In this document: positions 59,127-64,000 of the stretch, one piece after another
Layout: each line of letters begins with the position of its first letter
How positions within the stretch are numbered: the first letter of the stretch is position 1
Origin: Puniceicoccales bacterium
GTDB lineage: Bacteria > Verrucomicrobiota > Verrucomicrobiia > Opitutales > JAIRKQ01
Direction of reading: 5' to 3'
Assembly: GCA_031268175.1 (NCBI GenBank)
Contig: JAIRXR010000011.1
Location: forward strand, 149,229-213,228
Length of the DNA: 64,000 nt
Translations under genes and position numbers: made by a program
Notes under the pieces: model-generated
The model's input: the letters and a program-made list of their open reading frames with translations, nothing else
Database searches by the model: none
Told to the model about the DNA's origin: nothing

Positions 59127-59214
59127 CGGCTGCCCATTTCGGTACTTTTGTCGGATTTATTTCTTGATTAAGCATGGTCGCGTTTTAGTCTCCCGCTGAA
59201 AAGGGCTTAGGAAG

Positions 59215-59553
59215 ATGATGAATGTGTTTTTTGTGGCTGAAGTTACGGCGGCGCAGCGGCAATCCGCCGGATCTGGATGGCAGATGCTGGCGATCTATGC
59301 GCTGCTGTTCGCCGGCATGTGGTTTTTGCTGGTTGCTCCGCAGAGGAAGAAGCAAAAAAGTCAGCTGAAAATGATCGAAGAGCTGAAATCCGGCGACAGG
59401 GTTGTCACAACATCCGGAATCGTCGGGACGATTGCCAATGTGAAGGGACAGATGTTCATCCTGAAAATCGCCGACGATACGAAAATTGAGATTTTCAGAT
59501 CATACATTCAGGCAAAATTGGACAAGGCGGACAAAGGTGAGAAGGGGGAGTGA
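59215..59553 (+). CDS. yajC: preprotein translocase subunit YajC
   Basis: One TM, then PQRKKQK...LKSGDRVVTTSGIVGTIANV matching the YajC consensus. Directly upstream of secDF. Confidence 0.8.
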   Translation: MMNVFFVAEVTAAQRQSAGSGWQMLAIYALLFAGMWFLLVAPQRKKQKSQLKMIEELKSGDRVVTTSGIVGTIANVKGQMFILKIADDTKIEIFRSYIQAKLDKADKGEKGE

Positions 59554-59559
59554 CGTCCA

Positions 59560-62040
59560 ATGCGCATGAGGGCGTCCTTCCGTAGAATTTTGCTATCGCT
59601 GGTAGTCGTTGTCGCCGCGATTTTTTCCGTCCTACCGGTGCGCGACAGGCCATTTGGGAAATACATGGTCAGCTGCGTCACGCGCGAAAAACAAACCTTC
59701 GACGAGCTCCTGCAGCGTGCCAGCGAACGGCTATCTTCCGGCCAAAGCAAAAGCCTATATCTGGCCATTCGGACAATTGCGGGCGAAGAAAACGTGGATC
59801 TGGCACGGTTCTTTGGCAGGAAGAATGTGGCGGACATAAAAGATCTCCGCGAAAAAAATAAGATCCTGCTTGATTCAATTTTGGCCGATTCGAAGAGCAA
59901 GATCAAGCAAGGGCTGGACCTCAAAGGCGGCGTTTCCTTCACTTTGAGAGTGGACGACCCCAAATTTGACAATTTTTCGGCCATTGAAAAAACCAAGCAG
60001 TTGGATAAGGCCGTTGACATCATTCGCCAGCGCATTGATGGGCTCGGCGTAGCCGAACCACTGGTGCGCATCTTCGGCAACAACTGCATAGAGGTCCAAC
60101 TGCCTGGAATTTCCATTGGAGATAACCCGGAAATTGTTGACGCTATAAAAAAGCCGGCGAAGCTAGAATTTCGACTGCTGCATGGGACGTTGGTGCCGAA
60201 ATCGAAATCCGAGCAGCCACCAATCGGTTACGAAGTTTTCGAACTCGGGCGCGTCTCAGACAATCGGACCTCGGAACGTAGCTACGCATTCGTGAAGAAG
60301 ATACCGGAAATGACCGGCAACAAGGTGAAGCACGCCGGCGTCGCAATCGGACAGTATGGCGAATATGAAGTTTCGCTGACAATGACGGACGAGGGAGCAA
60401 AAATTTTCGAAAAAATCACGGCCGCTAACATAAATCGCCAGCTTGGAATCGTATTGGACGGCAAACTATATTCCGCCCCGGTAATTCGTTCGCCAATACC
60501 GAGTGGCCGTGCGAGCATTTCCGGAAGATTTACCCAGCGGGATGCGCTCGAGCTGGCGAATGTTTTGAACAACCCACTCGAAGTCGCATTGAAATTTGTA
60601 GAGCTGAACGAAATTGGGCCGTCCATGGCCGAGGACGCAATGGCAAGTTCGCTGCGCGCATCGCTAATTGGCGCATCCGTAGTTGCGCTTTTCATGCTAG
60701 CCTACTACCGCGTAGCCGGCGCCGTGTCGCTGGTGGCGATCCTAGCAAATATGGCAATTACACTGGGCGTGATGGCATCCATCGGTGCTACGCTGACGCT
60801 GCCAGGCATTGCGGCACTGGTTCTGACGATCGGCATGGCCGTAGATGCAAACATTTTGATATTTGAAAGAATGCGGGAGGAGTTGCTCTGCGGCAAGCCC
60901 GTTTCCGTCGCACTGGCGGCTGGCCATGGGAAAGCGTTCTCCTCCATCGTCGACGCAAATCTGACGACGCTACTTGCGGCACTGATTCTCATACACTTCG
61001 GCACCGGCCCGATAAAAGGGTTCGGGGTGATTTTAGCCATTGGCATCTTCGCAACCATATTCTGCGCACTGGTGCTTAGCAGGGGCTTGCTAGAGGTCTT
61101 AGTCGAAGGCGACATTTACAAAAAACTTATCCCAAATTTCAGAGTTCGACCGCTCGCCTTTGATTTTTTAAAGCACTGGAAATCGATATTTGCGGCATAC
61201 GCCGTAGCCATTCTCGCGTGCACCGCCGCTGTGGCATCGCGCAACACCAAAATTTATGGCATAGATTTCACCGGCGGAGATGAAGTTACATTAAAATTTG
61301 ACAAAAAAATACCGATTGGCGAAATTAATAGGGCGGCGGCGGAAAGTGGCATCGGGGAAATTGCTTCCGTCTATCAGAAATCCGCAGCTGACAATTCAGA
61401 AATCCTACGCGTGCAAACGGCTGAGGGCAGAGGAGCGGAAACCTTTGCGTGCTTGAAAAACAATTTCGAAGAGGCCAACCTGTCCCTGGTGAAAAAAACC
61501 GAAATCGGCTCGTCCGTGGGGCAGGGAATAAAATTGAATGCACTAATTTCCATTGCGCTGGCTATGCTTGGCATAATGGCATACGTCGCATTCCGCTTTG
61601 AAATGGGCTATGGCGTTGGAGCCGTTGTTTCGACGGTTTTGGATGTAATCTTGACCGTGCTAATATACCTATCGCTCGGACATCAAATTTCAGCGCCAAT
61701 GGTAGCCTCCATCCTCATGGTTGTCGGCTATTCCATCAACGACACGATCATAGTGTTCGATAGAATACGGGAAGAACTGAAATCGAACGAAGCGATGTCT
61801 CTGTGTGACGTGATAAATCTGTCCATCGTAAAAACGATCTCCCGCACCGTGCTAACCAGCGCATCGACATTTCTATCGGCGCTGGCACTCTACCTGTTCG
61901 GATCCGGCGTGATCGTTGATTTCGCGCTAGTCTTTATGATAGGCATCGCCGTTGGGACGTTTTCTTCCATATTCGTCGCAAGCCCCATATTCCACATTTG
62001 GCACGGTGGCGATAGGAGAACCATCCCGGTGGCAATCTAG
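59560..62040 (+). CDS. secDF: protein translocase subunit SecDF (fused SecD-SecF)
   Basis: 826 aa. The SecD periplasmic and TM domains are followed by a second SecF-like periplasmic domain (FTGGDEVTLKF) and TM bundle. Confidence 0.9.
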   Translation: MRMRASFRRILLSLVVVVAAIFSVLPVRDRPFGKYMVSCVTREKQTFDELLQRASERLSSGQSKSLYLAIRTIAGEENVDLARFFGRKNVADIKDLREKNKILLDSILADSKSKIKQGLDLKGGVSFTLRVDDPKFDNFSAIEKTKQLDKAVDIIRQRIDGLGVAEPLVRIFGNNCIEVQLPGISIGDNPEIVDAIKKPAKLEFRLLHGTLVPKSKSEQPPIGYEVFELGRVSDNRTSERSYAFVKKIPEMTGNKVKHAGVAIGQYGEYEVSLTMTDEGAKIFEKITAANINRQLGIVLDGKLYSAPVIRSPIPSGRASISGRFTQRDALELANVLNNPLEVALKFVELNEIGPSMAEDAMASSLRASLIGASVVALFMLAYYRVAGAVSLVAILANMAITLGVMASIGATLTLPGIAALVLTIGMAVDANILIFERMREELLCGKPVSVALAAGHGKAFSSIVDANLTTLLAALILIHFGTGPIKGFGVILAIGIFATIFCALVLSRGLLEVLVEGDIYKKLIPNFRVRPLAFDFLKHWKSIFAAYAVAILACTAAVASRNTKIYGIDFTGGDEVTLKFDKKIPIGEINRAAAESGIGEIASVYQKSAADNSEILRVQTAEGRGAETFACLKNNFEEANLSLVKKTEIGSSVGQGIKLNALISIALAMLGIMAYVAFRFEMGYGVGAVVSTVLDVILTVLIYLSLGHQISAPMVASILMVVGYSINDTIIVFDRIREELKSNEAMSLCDVINLSIVKTISRTVLTSASTFLSALALYLFGSGVIVDFALVFMIGIAVGTFSSIFVASPIFHIWHGGDRRTIPVAI

Positions 62041-62058
62041 CACAACTTTCGGCGCACG

Positions 62059-63798
62059 ATGGCAGAGAAAATTTGGGCACAGTTTCCCTATGAAAAATCG
62101 GTCGCCGAATTTCTCTACAAATCGCTGAACGTCGGATTCCCGGTCTGCGTAATACTTGCCCAGAGGGGAATTGCGGCGAAATCCGACGCCGAAAGATTTC
62201 TGTGGCCAAAGCTGACCTACCTCGATGATCCTTTCAAAATAAGGAACGTCGATCGCGCGGTCGACATGCTCTGCAGGATAATAGAAAATAACCTGCGCAT
62301 AGCCGTCGTCGGCGACTACGACGTTGACGGAATGACAAGCGTAACGCTACTGGCCTCGCTGCTAAAAAACTTTGCCGTAAAACCGGATCTTTTTGTCCCG
62401 AGACGCGCGTACGAAGGCTATGGCCTGTCCTTGGAAATCGTGAAGCGCGTATTATCAGCAAGAAAATACGACGTGGTAGTAGTCTTGGACTGCGGGACAA
62501 ATGCCGCCAGCGAAATAGAGTTTTTGCAAAAAAATGGCATCGAGGTCCTGGTCGTCGACCACCACCAGGCGAAGGCATTGCCAATAGCGCCATGCTGCGT
62601 GGTCAATCCACACGCCAGCGATTGTGAAAACGATGGCAAATACAAGATACTATGTACGGTCGGACTGGTTTTCAAGCTGTGCCACGGGCTGCTGAGGACA
62701 CTGCGGAAAAAAAATGATCAGCGGGCATTGCGATACTCGCTGAAAAACGATCTCGACTTGGTAACTCTCGGTACAATTGCGGACATGGTGCATCTCGTCG
62801 GTGAAAACAGGATACTGTGCAAATTCGGATTGAAAATTTTCAGCGGAAAATTTCGCAGACCTGGCATTGAGGCGCTGTGCAGGTCCGCTGATATCCACGC
62901 CGGAGCAATCGTACGGCAATCTGACATTTCCTACAAGCTGTGCCCGCGGTTGAATGCGTGTGGGCGGCTAACGGATGCCATGCTACCAATAAACATGATG
63001 CTGAGCGACAACTTCGACGAGGCCATGACCTACGCCTACGAGCTCGACGAAACGAACAGGGAGCGGCAATTGATCGAAAAGGACATGACGGAGCAGGCTG
63101 AAAAATTGGTTCGTGCGCGCTATGCAAACGACAGTGGGCTCGTCCTCTACGATAGGAATTGGCACGCCGGCGTGGTTGGCATAATTAGCGGTAAATTTGC
63201 CAGAGACTACGCAAGGCCGTGCGTAGTTTTTGGACACGAACGCAACATCGCAAAGGGGTCCGGCAGGAGCTCGGACGGAACCAACTTAATCGACGTTCTC
63301 AGCGATTGTCCCGATTTGCTCGAGACATGGGGTGGACATCCCTACGCCGTCGGCATATCCATACTGCCGAAGAACATAGATGCATTCAGAAAAAAATTCA
63401 ACGAAGTCCTTGGCAGGCACTTGGCCTCTTCGCCGTCACAGGAAAAATTGGAATTTTCTTCGGAATTGAAATTGGAAGAAATAGACAACGGATTCATGGA
63501 GGAGTTGGAGATGCTGCAGCCGTTTGGGCAGAAAAATCCAGAACCAGTCTTTCTCGTAAAAACCATAAAAATCAACTGCCTGCCGGAAACATTTGGTGCG
63601 CGGAAAAATCACGTAAAATTTTGGCTGACGGATAGACATTCCAAAAAAATGCTGGTGATTGGGTGGAATTGCGCGCACAATATTCCGCCCATCCGCACAT
63701 CGCTTGACCTGCTTGTGACCGTCAACCATGAAACGTGGAATGAAACGCACTCCACATGCCTATACGTGATCGATTGGAGGGTGGCCAGAAAGAACTAG
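62059..63798 (+). CDS. recJ: single-stranded-DNA-specific exonuclease RecJ
   Basis: DHH motifs (VVGDYDVDGMTS, VVVDHHQA), DHHA1 and a C-terminal OB region. Length is 579 aa. Confidence 0.85.
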   Translation: MAEKIWAQFPYEKSVAEFLYKSLNVGFPVCVILAQRGIAAKSDAERFLWPKLTYLDDPFKIRNVDRAVDMLCRIIENNLRIAVVGDYDVDGMTSVTLLASLLKNFAVKPDLFVPRRAYEGYGLSLEIVKRVLSARKYDVVVVLDCGTNAASEIEFLQKNGIEVLVVDHHQAKALPIAPCCVVNPHASDCENDGKYKILCTVGLVFKLCHGLLRTLRKKNDQRALRYSLKNDLDLVTLGTIADMVHLVGENRILCKFGLKIFSGKFRRPGIEALCRSADIHAGAIVRQSDISYKLCPRLNACGRLTDAMLPINMMLSDNFDEAMTYAYELDETNRERQLIEKDMTEQAEKLVRARYANDSGLVLYDRNWHAGVVGIISGKFARDYARPCVVFGHERNIAKGSGRSSDGTNLIDVLSDCPDLLETWGGHPYAVGISILPKNIDAFRKKFNEVLGRHLASSPSQEKLEFSSELKLEEIDNGFMEELEMLQPFGQKNPEPVFLVKTIKINCLPETFGARKNHVKFWLTDRHSKKMLVIGWNCAHNIPPIRTSLDLLVTVNHETWNETHSTCLYVIDWRVARKN

Positions 63799-63874
63799 CG
63801 CAGGCACCAGCTTGCCGGGGAGGTTTTTGGAAAATTGTTGGAAAATTTGCTTGCGAACGAGGAACCTCTATGCC

Positions 63875-64000
63875 ATGAGGGTAGGTGTGTTTGGGCTTAC
63901 TGAAAATCAGGCATTCATGGTGTTGAATGCATTACCGAATATCGGCCCTTGTACTGTAAAAAAATTACTGGTGCATTTCCAAGGGGACGCAAGGCGCATC
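63875..64000 (+). CDS. possible DprA (DNA-processing protein A) N-terminus, partial at the window end
   Basis: MRVGVFGLTENQAFMVLNALPNIGPCTVKKLLVHFQGDARRI resembles the DprA N-terminal LxxLPGIGPxxxxxLLxxFGS motif. Only 42 codons are visible. Confidence 0.3.
   Translation, partial: MRVGVFGLTENQAFMVLNALPNIGPCTVKKLLVHFQGDARRI

Overview
This is a gene-dense (about 90% coding) bacterial chromosomal window of roughly 52-55% GC from a diderm organism with LPS; lpxA, lpxB, an lptF/G-type permease, murJ, mreCD and SurA-, BamE- and LolA-like genes are all present. Most of it is housekeeping. That includes the rpsB-tsf operon, clpP, trxA, secG, tsaD, glmS, cmk, dgkA, uppP, rpmB, an aaRS cluster (serS, a eukaryote/archaeal-type proS, tRNA-Pro, hisS), gpmI, rarA, a PBP3-like transpeptidase, plsY, rpmE-rpmJ, two tRNA-Thr genes, moxR, fabD-rpmG, gatB, cca, an ABC-F ATPase, rsmD, a ymdB-like gene, yajC-secDF, recJ and a partial dprA at the window edge. 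Three things stand out against this background. The first is a CesT/SycE-like class I type III secretion chaperone gene (27406-27891) with no secretion apparatus genes nearby. The second is an approximately 1.2-kb low-GC insertion (about 30.15-31.5 kb) flanked by imperfect direct repeats of roughly 100-140 bp that duplicate the 3' end of a DEDDh exonuclease gene. It carries an orphan protein with a Ser/Asn/Thr-rich N-terminus and a small hydrophobic ORF. The third is a 407-aa protein (43286-44509), preceded by a 250-bp AT-rich region, with a disordered N-terminal third and a C-terminal Cys...His...Asp arrangement resembling a papain-like protease, which makes it a candidate secreted effector. 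Other oddities are a tRNA-Pro with an apparent AGG (A34) anticodon, a PBP3 homolog whose SxxK, SxN and KTG motifs all look altered, a phosphofructokinase-fold protein lacking its catalytic motifs, and an untracked 41-codon rpmJ next to a non-zinc L31. I found no CRISPR array, integrase or transposase. All coordinates and functional calls come from reading the sequence and the ORF track by eye, and no database search was run.
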